Origin: Macrostomum lignano
Taxonomy: Eukaryota
Reading direction: 5' to 3'
DNA length: 61,823 nt
Assembly: GCA_002269645.1 (NCBI GenBank)
Contig: NIVC01004070.1
Location: 1-61,823 of the forward strand
Part shown: piece by piece, positions 36,270-48,200 of the stretch
Position numbering within the stretch: position 1 is the first letter of the stretch
How the letters are laid out: each line of letters begins with the position of its first letter
Made by a program: the position numbers and the translations under genes
The notes under the pieces: generated by a model
The model's database searches: none
The model's input: the letters and a program-made list of their open reading frames with translations, nothing else
What the model was told of the DNA's origin: nothing

Positions 36270-37200
36270 GAATACCTGTTTGCCAAGCTGGGTTGCGACT
36301 GCAAGTGGTCCAAGCAGGCGCCTTCCTGCAGCTGCCGTTGTCCGAGGACGACTATGGATGTGGCACGACTATCAACACACAGCGAGGCCTGTATCAGCCT
36401 TCAGCAAGTGACCAGAGGTTCAGCAGGTGCATAGAATGATGTCAATCGCCACCATCGAGTGACTCTGCAAGGTCTTTGCTAGACTCAACATCCATCGGAT
36501 GCTGGTCGCCGACAACGGCTCGCAATTCACCTCCACGAATTTCAGCGAGTTCGCCTGGCGCAATTCATCCGCCACGTCCTCTCAGCGCCATTTCACCCTG
36601 CCACAAAATGCCAGGTGGAGACTTCCGTCCAAGTGGTCAACGACACCTGATCAAGATTGGTCACTCGGCGACCGCACTGCTGCAGATGCTGATGTCCTAC
36701 CGTAATACGCCGCGCTACGTCACCCCGGACCCAGCCAGATGCGCAGTCGGCTGGACCTGCTGATGGACAGCATGCATTAGCGCCAGGAACAGCGGATGGA
36801 GCAGTAGTCGCGTGCGCGCGAGTTCCAAGCCGGCAACCAAGTTCTGCTGGGAGACTCTAACTGGGGCACCAAGACCGACGGCGGCACCTGTTGAGCGGAG
36901 TCCACCGTCGTATCCACCTGAACCCGTAACTACCATCTACTGACGGTACGCCGATCAGCTGCTGGTGAGCTCGCTGCCGGAGGCAGTACCCGTGCCACCG
37001 CCGGAGATCTCAAACGAAGCAGCGGACCGGCTGAGCAACGCTACCGAGGTGACAAAGGAAGGTCCAGGAGCGGGCGCCGCTGACGAGACAGTCAGTGCCC
37101 GGTCGCAAGCAGCCACCTGAGCATCTGCAACACTGTGACTGCACTATTCGAACTGACTGGTGTTTTTTGGACTTCAACGAGGGGGGATGTCGGGAATGTT
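36270..37200 (+). mobile_element. Heavily deleted Ty3/Gypsy LTR retrotransposon remnant (integrase fragments, PPT, start of 3' LTR)
   Basis: LCKVFARLNIHRMLVADNGSQFTSTNFSEFA resembles the integrase core; YRNTP and SRLDLL pieces follow. The polypurine tract GAGGGGGGA is followed directly by TGTCGGG at 37188. The LTR end was not located. Confidence 0.72.
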
Positions 37201-38962
37201 GCTCGCTGCAGTTCTTTCACTTTATTTCTTAATTACGCTTGTAGCTTTATCAGTTCAATGTAACTTTATCTGTTTTGTCTGCTTACTTAGCTTACTATAG
37301 ACAATTCATTTTCTTAGTCGAAAACCACCATGTGTTTTCGAGATGTGCATGCTGTTTTTCTATTCGTACTTCGCGGATCGGTAAGCCTCACTTGTTCCAA
37401 TAGTCAATACAAAGCTGTATATTGTATTGCTGATCACTTCATCACTTCATCGTGAGCTAAGTGCATGCATTACTACCCTGATCGTAAGCTTGCAAACTCG
37501 AATCAGAGGTCAAAATTGGTTAGCTAATTGAACTGACTATGAGCATGACTTATTTTTACTGGTTAATAAACGTGGTGTGTTGCAATTTCCACTGCCAAAA
37601 AGAAGTCAAGATTTTGCATTGAAAGGCATGCGATGCAATCTACGGGGTACTGTACTAAAAAGTCAATTCTTTCGTATTCTGGGGGGAATAAATAAAATGC
37701 CATGCAGCAATTGAAAGAGCACATGTAGCTGTATATCCTGAGCAAAAATCTGCCCGATTCATCAAATCCGTTCAGACATGGCACAATTGCAAAATTTGAC
37801 CTTCAAAAAATTTTCCACGATTTTGGAGTGTTCAGTCCTTCTACTTAAGTTGACCCTGATAAATTCACACTACTTTTGTGGTATTTGTTAAGACAGACGT
37901 GTTCAGACGTTGCTCTGAGAGCGGACAACAATTTTATAAAAAACGCGTCAGTTTTAGTATATACAGACAATTGTTAATACAGTTCTTTAAAGTCCTTTGA
38001 AATTTCGAAAAAAAGTTACATAAAACGATATATTACAATTTTTTATTAAAAAATATCATTCCCGTTGACTGAATTTGCAAACTTTGTTAAAAATGTACTT
38101 TTGCGAAAAGTACGTCGGTCAACTATAACGAAGTTCATTTTTAGTATATTTTACAAGTAAGCAAGCATACAAACCTTAGAGATTTAGTATATTTAGATTA
38201 GAGATTTAGTATATTTAGATGTAGTACTTGTTTGTTCACGTGACACCTTGAATTGAAGACAATGGGAACGATTAATTAACAATAAAATTGAATTTATTTT
38301 TCGTTGATTTTTGTTTATATTAACTCTTTCAGAGTTCCTTTTCTTAAGATATAAATTTAAGTTACTTACGAGCGTATTCTTTATTTTTACCAATTGTGCA
38401 TGTTCATTAAAATGGAGTATTAAAATTTGTAAAATTTGTAATAAAAGCTTTTTTGTCCCTATGGACACCTCGATTTCAGGCATAAGCACTCTGTCTGATG
38501 CTATTATTTACTATTAGCGTACTTTGCTTTTCAAAATAGTCAGTCGACGTATATTTCTAATGGATCCCAGTGTACATGTAAGAGTCACATGTAAAAGTTG
38601 CGGTCAGAAAGAGTTATTGCTCAATGTGAAAAATTAAATATCATGTAACTTTTTGCTTAGCAAGATGAAAACAAAAAGGGTGACATAGGTCTTCTTTGCA
38701 TGCAAATGATTAAGAGGAAAATATGCAACCGTAAACGTGAGCGCTGCACGTTACATTTATTTATCGTGTATTTTAAGTAGTCGTGTAGATAAGCACATAT
38801 TATTTAAAGTATAGATACTTCTCTTAAATGAGTTAACCGTTGAAATAATTTTAAAATTTAGGCACAACGTGTGTGTTGTTTGTTTTAACAGATAATATTT
38901 TCATTTATACACATCTTTTTATTTTGAAAATTGAACTATTTCTTAAAATATAAAAAAGGACT

Positions 38963-38964
<2 letters not shown>

Positions 38965-39001
<37 letters not shown>
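38965..39001. repeat. (AG)n microsatellite
   Basis: Direct reading. Confidence 0.97.
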
Positions 39002-39004
<3 letters not shown>

Positions 39005-40029
39005 GAAACCTGTTTATCAAAAACCTAACCTACATTTAAATTTCAAATACTTATAAATTATGTTCATCACACCAGAGGTTAGGTCAGTGTAGCACTTCTC
39101 GCAACACAACGTTTTGGTCACTGACCTTAGCTAGATTACTTAATGTAAGAACTATTATTATTAATGTAAATGAAATTTCTCCCCATGACCATAAAATTAG
39201 GCCTTTTGTTTCTAATGTACATTGTACAGTGACCATAGAATTATAGAAATAACAGTTTCGCAATTTTTATGGCTAAATTTCAGTTAAAACCTTAAGCCCA
39301 GTTCAAGTAAGTGCATGTTATATTGACTAAATAAAAATAACCATTTTGCTATTATAGTATTTTAGTATTTATAATATTTGTATCAATAACTACTGCTTTT
39401 TTAAAAGGCATTATTTTCATTGCAATTTAAGCTGGTGAAACAGTATTTGCTGACAGCTGCATATTTGACTCATTTGTCTAAATAATATTTGAATATATTT
39501 TACAATTATCTATTTTAGTATTTGATAAGGTATTTATAGGCCTACCAGTGATATTTTTACTTTTTTAATTTTTTACTGCAACTGATATTATTTACAAATG
39601 AAAAAGCAGCATAATATATAAAAAACTTCATTTAGCTAGGCCTATTTTGCAGACAAATGAATTGAATTGGCAGATTGACAAAGCAAAGGCCTAGACAAAT
39701 TGACTAGTATTAGGCTGCCACCTAGTTAGTATTTGCCAAGTCAAAAAACAATTTTAAAAGTCTAGTATATAGGTTAAGCATATAAAGTAAACAGTTTTAT
39801 GAAATGATATCAATGCTTTTAGGAGAATATTTTTTCTCTAATCAATCACATATTTATATACAAACATAGACAACTCATTTTTAGTATATAGGATATACAA
39901 AGTCAAATTTATACTCGTTGTTTTGTCTAGTTAATTTGCCTTTCTTGAAGATAGAGATAATCTTTAAGGTCACCGATCACTTCGGCGACAGGTCACTTCA
40001 GCGACAGTTTTTTTGGCAACACATTTGGA

Positions 40030-40518
40030 CCAGGATGGAATTCTTGTATTTCTTAAGTCAAATAGAATTATGCGATTTTTTATGGCGCACAAAATATTTT
40101 TTATTGGTGGCATTTTTTATTTTGGTACTTAGCACATCACAAAATGGTAAAAACAAAAAGTAATCAATAAGACAATAATGAAAAATGCATTCTAAGAAAA
40201 TGTAGTGATTTGAATTTTTGTCCAAATATGTATGTTAGAGAATGTACAAGTTTCTACTTTTTATAGAATTTTTTTGAATTTTTGCTTTTGTGCCTTATTT
40301 AGTTTTTATTTTTTATTCTTTTTTCTTTGTGATCTTAGCTAGTAGGATTATCTTTTGCAAAATCCAATATCTCAAGCGCACTTTTGCATATATTAAGAAT
40401 TAGCAATTTTGTCTAAAATTCTGCAACGCATTTTTTCCGGATTTTTTAACGCAAAATCGCATTTTTTTCGCACAATCGCATAACGCGTTGTGATTTTTCT
40501 GCAAGAATTCCATCTAGG
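40030..40518. mobile_element. hAT-like MITE nested in the left terminal repeat of the foldback element
   Basis: TIR CCAGGATGGAATTCTTG / CAAGAATTCCATCTAGG (15/17) with the 8-bp TSD CATTTGGA at 40022-40029 and 40519-40526. Confidence 0.82.
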
Positions 40519-41510
40519 CATTTGGATTACTTTGGCAATAGACATATATTTGCATAAGCAGTAACCCTGGTAGCACCTAAAATAAAAAAGAAAGCAATTA
40601 AAAATGAATGCAAGAATAACAAATTTATAGCACCAAGTTTTTTATGCATTATAATAAAAAGCATTGCAATTATTTCGTTCTAAAAAATACTGGTATACTG
40701 AATACATTACACACTTGTACATGTACAGTGTTTAGATGTTCTTGTTCAAACAAAATCATCTTTCATTTCTCCATCTCTCTTCTCTCTTAATCTCTATCTA
40801 TTCCCCTTCTCTCTCTATATATCTCTCTATTTCTTTTTTCTCTCTCTCTCATAGCACAGTGCTAATCCTAGTAATAATATCACTTAAATATATAATATCG
40901 CTTGCATATACACTGTACTATACTCACTTATATTCAATAATGTGCCTCTATGTGCATATTCGTTTTGGCACATCTCTCTTCGGATTCATAAATTCATTTT
41001 AAAATGCTATGCATAGTTTAGCCTACCCACGTTTTATCACCTCGCTCTATCTCTTCCACACCTCAAGCAGGTTGTGCTCACACACAATACATACTGGTAT
41101 GTACTGGCCTGTGTTTAGTGTTTCATATATTCAATCTCCCAATGCTTGAGATTTACAGCTAGAATTGATTTACAGGACAATGCATTAGTTGTATAGGTTA
41201 ACTTACAAAGCTGGGTATTAGTAGAATGGGAACAGGCAGTCCTTCTCTGAATATATTAAATACATGTACAAGCTGCCTACATGTACATGTAACTTTAACT
41301 GCGCTCCGATTTACCAACTTTTACCAACACATCATCTGAAGAGGATCAATACTTATAATTTGTATCTTAATTTGACAATGCAAAGCCGCAAAGCCACTCC
41401 ATAACTGCCCTGTTTGTTTTGAGCTTGTCTCTGTTTGACATCATGCTCTGCAATGTGACCCATGTGACCATTGGTATCATCGGAAGTGTAACACAGGTGA
41501 GCAAAGTATG

Positions 41511-41563
<53 letters not shown>

Positions 41564-41586
41564 CTCTCTCTCTCTCTTTCTCTCTC
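41511..41586. repeat. (CT)n microsatellite, interrupted
   Basis: Direct reading. Confidence 0.95.
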
Positions 41587-44534
41587 TAATCTCGCACTCT
41601 GTATCTCAGAGGACGATTATCATTTTTATTGATATTTAGCTAGTTTCTCACTGTCACACTGTCCCACACTCTGCAACTCTTAATACATGTATGTCTTAAG
41701 TACAGGTCGGAGTATCAAGCTGGAGACCAATCGATTCAGTCACTTCTGGAGGCTTGCAGCAAGCTGAATGGACTGTAAGCTGTCTATGGTGCATCTGCAT
41801 ATGCTTAACTTCTGTAATGCTAAGACTTCTTTGCATGCTACATGTAACATCTTTGCTTTTAATGCATGTTTATTAATTCTCTTTCTCTTTCTTTATTTCT
41901 GCAATGGAGTGACAGAGTGTATGTGCCTGTACATGTACTTGTGTATGCCAAATAAATTTATCACAATACTTACAGTACTATATAATGCAAGTCCATTCAT
42001 TTTGTACTTTATCGTAATGGGCAAATATCAATCAAGGAAAATGTGATATAAATCTATTAATTTAATTATTGTTCATAATGAAATACTGAAAATTTGTGTT
42101 GCTTTTTTAATAAATCCGGATAAATCACACTTTTTAATCATGAAGTTTCATTGGCAAAAATATGTGTTATTATAAATGCGCTCTAAACAGAGAACTTACA
42201 GTATTTAGCTAATTGTCGCCGAAGTGATCCAAATGTGTCGCCGAAATGACTATTGCTGAAGTGACTTGTCGCTGAAGTGACTGTCGCCGAAGTGACTTGT
42301 TGCCAAAGTGATTGTAATTCATCTTTAAAGCCTATTCTAGCAGTCTAGTATTGTTTGTAAATGTCTATATATATTCAATAACTTTGAAACTTATAACTCT
42401 ATGGAAAAAATATGGAAAAACTGCAAATTTATTATATAAAACAATTAAATTTTAAAAACCTATAAATGCACACTTCAGAATAGATTCAAAATATTTTATT
42501 GCACTTTAGAATTATTAGAGATGTTCCAAAAGAGCATTTTTGTTGAAATTGAAATTTGCTAACCTTCAAAATCAAAATAAAAAAAAACTAACTTTTTTAT
42601 AACTGCAATGGATATTTATTTGCTGGAGCAGTAGCTAGCAGGAAAAGGCAGTGTAGGCATGCGGCATAGATGTTGCACACTTGTAAGTGCATTATGCTTT
42701 AGAAAATTTCAAATGTATGCCAGATGTTGTCCACAGTTTTATACCTTTTTCCTATATAGTAAAATAATAAAGGTTAGGCCTAACTTATATTTGCCAAGAT
42801 AATAATAGTAATTGAGTAGGTTAAGTATAATGCAAAGTAATTTAGGCAACTGTGGGTTGTTATCTTAGTTGCTATATATTTTGGAGACAATCTTGTTAGC
42901 ATTTGCCTTATACTGAAAAAGAAAGTAGAAAATTATTTTTTACTTTAGAAAAGATAAGAAATTATAGCCAACTAAGTAACTTGGCCTATCATTATAAAGT
43001 AATTGTTATAAAAATTTCAGATTTTTAAAAATATTTTTTACTAGACTCTTTATTATAGGCACCTAATATTTTTACTAGTAGTAGTCTTGACTTGATAGAT
43101 TAAGTTAGCATCAAGTAAGCTTGCATGATTATTTTAAGTCAATGTTATTGAATTATAAATTTATTAAAGTTATAAAGTTATTCAATTATTGATAAGCTTT
43201 AGCTTTATTATTTACTAGGCATGAGAACTAAACATAAAAAATAAATATTCCTATAACCATACTTCTATATTATGTTCTATCTAAAAACCTCTATATCTAC
43301 AACATCTAATAGTTTTATATGTAGCTGGTAGCTATATCTATATCTGTAATAGATAAAAATTAAATATTTGAAGCTAAAAAGGAAATTTTGCATGTAAAGA
43401 AAATGCTATGTTGCAAATGTCTTACTAGATGCAATAGTTAGTTTTATATGTAGAAAACTATAACTGTTAAACTAGCCAAATAAAATTCAAGATATTATAT
43501 ATGCATGCATACATGGCCAACCTAGCCAATTCAGCTAGGTAATAAAAGGTCTAGCCAAAGTAAGTTACAAAAATACCAACCCAAAAAATATAAATATAGT
43601 ACTAATTAGAATAGATAATAAGGCATTTAGCATTAATAATATAGCCATAGTTACTCTTGAAATTTATCCAACATTACATTAATTTTTGCTTTATGGTTTT
43701 TCCCATATGTAAGTTGCATTTTTGGTCAAAAAGTAAGTTGTATATCTAGATAAAATTTCTAAGTTGGGCATGTATATATGCATGGGAGAAAGGGGAAATA
43801 GGCCTGTGTTCATTGAGTATCAGGAAATAGCTAGTTAGCACTATGTTTGGTTTAATATAAAGATTGAAGAATAAATCTTAGATTGAATTAGGAAAAAGAC
43901 AAATCTTGATAATATCAATAACTATAACATGTTTGACTAAATAGCTCACTTATTTTTAGTTTAAACCATACTATATGTTATATAACAGCAATAAGTCATT
44001 TTTGCTATATATTTATTCCTTTAATGAAAAAAATCATACCTTAAGTTGACTCAATATAACTAGCAAATGACTAATGAATAAATGTATGCTCATATATGTA
44101 TAAATATGTTCCTCATATAATCATGGTTTAAGAAATTAGTATAATTAGAAAAAATAGTTATTCTAGTTATAAAATTATACAATAACCAGATTGCATTTTT
44201 TATTATTTGGATTCCAACTATTGATTGCTTGTCAACATGCATGCTTTCTAATTGCAATAATAAATACTTCATGCATAGCTATTTTTTGTTTATTTGGTAT
44301 TTGGAAGTTCTCAGAACAAATTCAAGAACCAAACAAATGCCCCCCCCCAAATGACCTATTTGGATCTGATGAAGATGGCTTATACTCGTAATTCTGAAGT
44401 CATTAGGAATTCTATGAACTTTGTTACCACGCCAATTGAAAATGTTTTTAACTAGTAGATTATACTTTTTATCTGAGCATAATTTGTGCTTAGTTTTTCT
44501 AATTTTAATGTGCTATAGTGCATATGGAAAATAT

Positions 44535-45161
44535 GGGTCCATTAGAATTGCCCGCAGACAAATTTCCCGCTGATATTTGCCCGCCGAGCTTTGCCCGCCG
44601 AGATTTGCCCGCCGAGATTTGCCCGCAATGCATTTTGCCCGTGGAGCTTTGCCCGCCGAGATTTGCCAGCAGTGCATTTTGCCCGTGGAGCTTTGCCTGC
44701 CAAGATTTGCCAGCAGTGCATTTTGCCCGTGGAGCTTTGCCTGCCAAGATTTGCCAGCAGTGCATTTTGCCTGTGGAGCTTTGCCCGCCAAGATTTGCCC
44801 GCAGTGCATTTTGCCCGTGGAGATTGCCCGCTGAGATTTGCCCGCGAGCGAATTGGCCGCCGAGTTTTTTTCCGCCGAGGTTTGCCCGCAGTGCTTTTTT
44901 TCCTGCAGCGCATTTGGCAGCTAGATTCTGTCTGCAATCCCCCCCCCCAAAAAATGCATTTGATATGCAGCCATAAAAACTTTTGATCGTGTAAATCTCT
45001 TTATTAAGACTTACTAAGCATTGGGGGAGGCAATGCAGACAAAATCTGCCGCGTGGCCAAATGCGCTGTAGGAAGAATGCACTGCGGGCAAACCTCGGCG
45101 GGCAAATCCCGACGGGCAAATCTCGGCAGGAAATTCGTCCGCAGGCATTTCTCGTGCTCCC
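44535..45161. mobile_element. Foldback/MITE-like element with TTTGCCCGC sub-repeats, just upstream of DGAT1
   Basis: The left arm GAATTGCCCGCAGACAAATTTCCCGC...TTTGCCCGCCGAG array is mirrored by the right arm GCGGGCAAACCTCGGCGGGCAAAT...GCAGGCATTTC. Ends are GGG/CCC; the flanks GGAAAATAT and AGTAAATAT match only 7/9. Confidence 0.65.
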
Positions 45162-45270
45162 AGTAAATATAGCGCTTTGATTGTTTTGCATCGCATATTG
45201 AAAATGATAATCTATCTAAAACCTGCTTCCAGACCAGGCCGGCCTGGCCTCTGTAACTGAGCACTCTGCC

Positions 45271-48200
45271 ATGTCCGAGGCTCGAAGGCGATCAGCTGGC
45301 ACTGGCGCCAAGGGTGGCGCCAAAGATGATTCCGCGCTTGCTGACCAAGGCGCCACGGTGGCGACCTCCGAGTCGAAGCGGCGCCTGCCGCGCAGCAGCA
45401 GCCTGAACCGCCTGGAGGACATGGAGACTCTGGAGCGGGCAATCAAGGAGATGGCGCCCGATAAGCCGTGAGTGGTGCATCCAGATTTATATTTGGGATA
45501 AATATAACCTATCTCGGTCTATTGAAACATAATGGATCAGATTGGATGTAGAATCGGTCAGATTGGATATAGAATCGGTCAGATTGGATATAGAATAGGT
45601 CAGATTGGATGTAGAATCGGTCAGATTGGATATAGAATCGGTCAGATTGGATATAGAATAGGTCAGATTGGATGTAGAATCGGTCAGATTGGATATAGAA
45701 TAGGTCAGATTGGATGTAGAATAGGTCAGATTGGATATAGAATAGGTCAGATTGGATATAGAATAGGTCAGATTAGATGTAGAATCGGTCAGATTGGATA
45801 TAGAATAGGTCAGATTAGATATAGAATCGGTCAGATTGGATATAGAATCGATCAGATTAGATATAGAATCGGTCAGATTAGATATAGAATCGGTCAGATT
45901 GGATATAGAATCGATCAGATTAGATATAGAATCGGTCAGATTGGATATAGAATAGCTCAGATTGGATATATGCTCTGCATTTTCCCCATACATTCGCAGG
46001 TTGCACAGCCTGGTTGACAGCCCGTTCTCCTCTTCGAGCGGCTTCAACAACTTCCGCGGCCTGCTGAACCTGGGCCTCATCCTGCTGGTGGTGTCGAACT
46101 TCCGGGTGGCGCTGGAAAACATAATCAAGTACGGTATCCTGGTGGACCCGGTCAGGCCCATCGAGATCTTCCTGTCCTCGCCTGGCCAGTGGCCGTGCAT
46201 CTGCCTGCTGCTCATGTGCAACATTTTCATCTTCATCGCCTTCGGCCTCGAGCTGCTGGCGGAGAATTTCCGGCTGGTGTCGCCCGCCCTCTCCTGTCTG
46301 CAGGTGGGCAATCTGGCCGCCCTGCTCCTCGTGCCGTCCTACCTCATTCTGAGAGACCACCCGAATCCATGTGAGCTGCGGCTGTCTGGGGGCTATAGAC
46401 CTGCCCTGTGCTGTGGGTATTAGACTTGCCTTGTGCTGTGGGGGTATTAGACCTGCCCTGTGCAGTGGGGTATTAGACTTGCCTTGTGCTGTGGGGGTAT
46501 TAGTCCTGCCTTGAGATCTGGGGTATTAGACCTGCCTTGTGCAGTGGGGTCTTAGACCTGCCTTGTGCTCTGGGGGTATTTGACTTACTTCTTGACTTAG
46601 CTGCAGGGCTGTCCCGAAGGGGACACAGCGGGAAGGCGCGGGCGCCCATTCCGCTAGTCCCTGAACGGCCGACGCGTCGCTATGGACGGAGGGTTGGCGC
46701 CGCCCAGGGAGGTCCCCCAGTGTCGCCAGCAGCTATGGTGCTCTCTGGAAAGGAGAGTTCAGCCCTGCGGGTGGCCCGAAGGTAGCGCATGAGCTGATTA
46801 AAGTTTTCGGGTTTGCACGCTTCAGTAATAGATGTGTGTGGCCCGAGGTAAGTGAGTCTGGCCCGCGTGAAGGCGGGACAGATGCTGACGAAATGCTCAG
46901 CGGTTTCGTCACCTGAGTTGCAGAAGCTACAGGTGGCGTTGGTGGCGTTGCCCTGCAGGTACTGGTGCCTGGAGAAGCAGCCGTGACCAGAGAGGGTCAT
47001 GGTGGCAGCCCGGATGTCTCTGCGCGAGAGGCGCAAGAGGAGCTTCGGAGCTGGTGAGAGGGCTGAGGGACAGCGCCTCTGGATTGCCTGCAGTTCGTGC
47101 GGTTCGCCCAAGTCGAGCGGTGCTGAGTCCTGATCCACGCTTTGATGCGCGAGTCGATGACACAGCCAGGAATCGGGACAAGAGGTTCGGGGCCGAGAGA
47201 GGAGCCGGAGGCACCAACTTTTGCAAGGGTGTCAGCCAACTCATTTCCTCGGATCCCCACATGCCCCGGAACCCACTTAAGGGTAATTTTGTTGGCGGAA
47301 CCCAACATGTTGAGGAGTTTGATACAGTCGAGGACTGTAGCAGAGTTGGTGCTGCAGCCACTGATGGCGTGCAAGGCAGCTTGGCTGTCCGAATGGAAAA
47401 TGATGTTCTTACCAGTAACGCCAGTGGCGAGAAGCTCTGCAGTGCAGGAGCTGATGGCCAGAACTTCATTTTGGAAAACACTGGAGTTGACCCCAGTGTA
47501 TTGAGCGTGGGTAGCGATGACCCTCCCGTTCAGAAAGATTCCAACACCAAAGCCGGTGTTGGCTGACTGCTTAGAACCGTCGGTGTAGCAATGAAGCTCA
47601 CCAGGGTTCTATTGGTCATTGATGTTATCGCGCGAGTCGATAGCTACGGAGTAGCGCTGTCTCAGGTTGAGCGTTGAGGCAATGCCATCGGTGAAGACGC
47701 GATTGGCCTGACACTCGTTGAGAAAGTTGAGGCACAGATCGCTATGCGGGACAAGGTTCCGCTTAGCAGGTGCTCTCATGTAAATGAATTTGACGCCGGC
47801 ATCAATTAGACGCCGCGTCGTTCTAGCCGCCTCACCCCTGATGAAGAGGTCAAGAGGCGGAAGATTAAGGAAGGCCCCCATGCCAGCAAAGGGCGTGGAC
47901 CTGGTGGCGTTGCAGATGAGCCTACACGCTCTGCCTTGGATCGTGTTGAGCAGGTCTGCATGGCTTTTGACCTGGGTAGCGCTAACCCAGACAACAGAGG
48001 CGTACGTAATGGCAGGTCTAACTACGGAAGTATAGATCCACCAAAGCCGCTTTGGGGATAGACCCCAAGAAGTGCCAAGTGCTCGTCGGAGCTGGGCCAG
48101 GATGGCTGAGGCACGCTTGGCTTTTGCTTTCACGTGGAAGGACCAGTTGAGCCGGTGGTCAAGTATGACCCCGAGACATCTGGTCTGGTGCGCGAAGGCA

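Larger units (their letters stand above)
39968..42320. mobile_element. Non-autonomous foldback-type DNA transposon, 2353 bp, 8-bp TSD
   Basis: The left end has TCACTTC(G/A)GCGACA sub-repeats and the right end has the inverted TGTCGC(C/T)GAAGTGA repeats. ATCTTTAA lies at both 39960-39967 and 42321-42328. No transposase ORF is present. Confidence 0.78.

Noticed and set aside
6071-44370. CTGATGA cores (for example ~6071, 35655, 44368) as hammerhead ribozymes
   Set aside because: I could not build stem II with a downstream GAAA and stems I/III by eye. A covariance-model search would be needed.
47609-47611. Programmed stop readthrough between RT and RNase H in the LINE
   Set aside because: A single nonsense change (for example TGG>TAG) in one copy is simpler. 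It would need the stop to be shared across family members.
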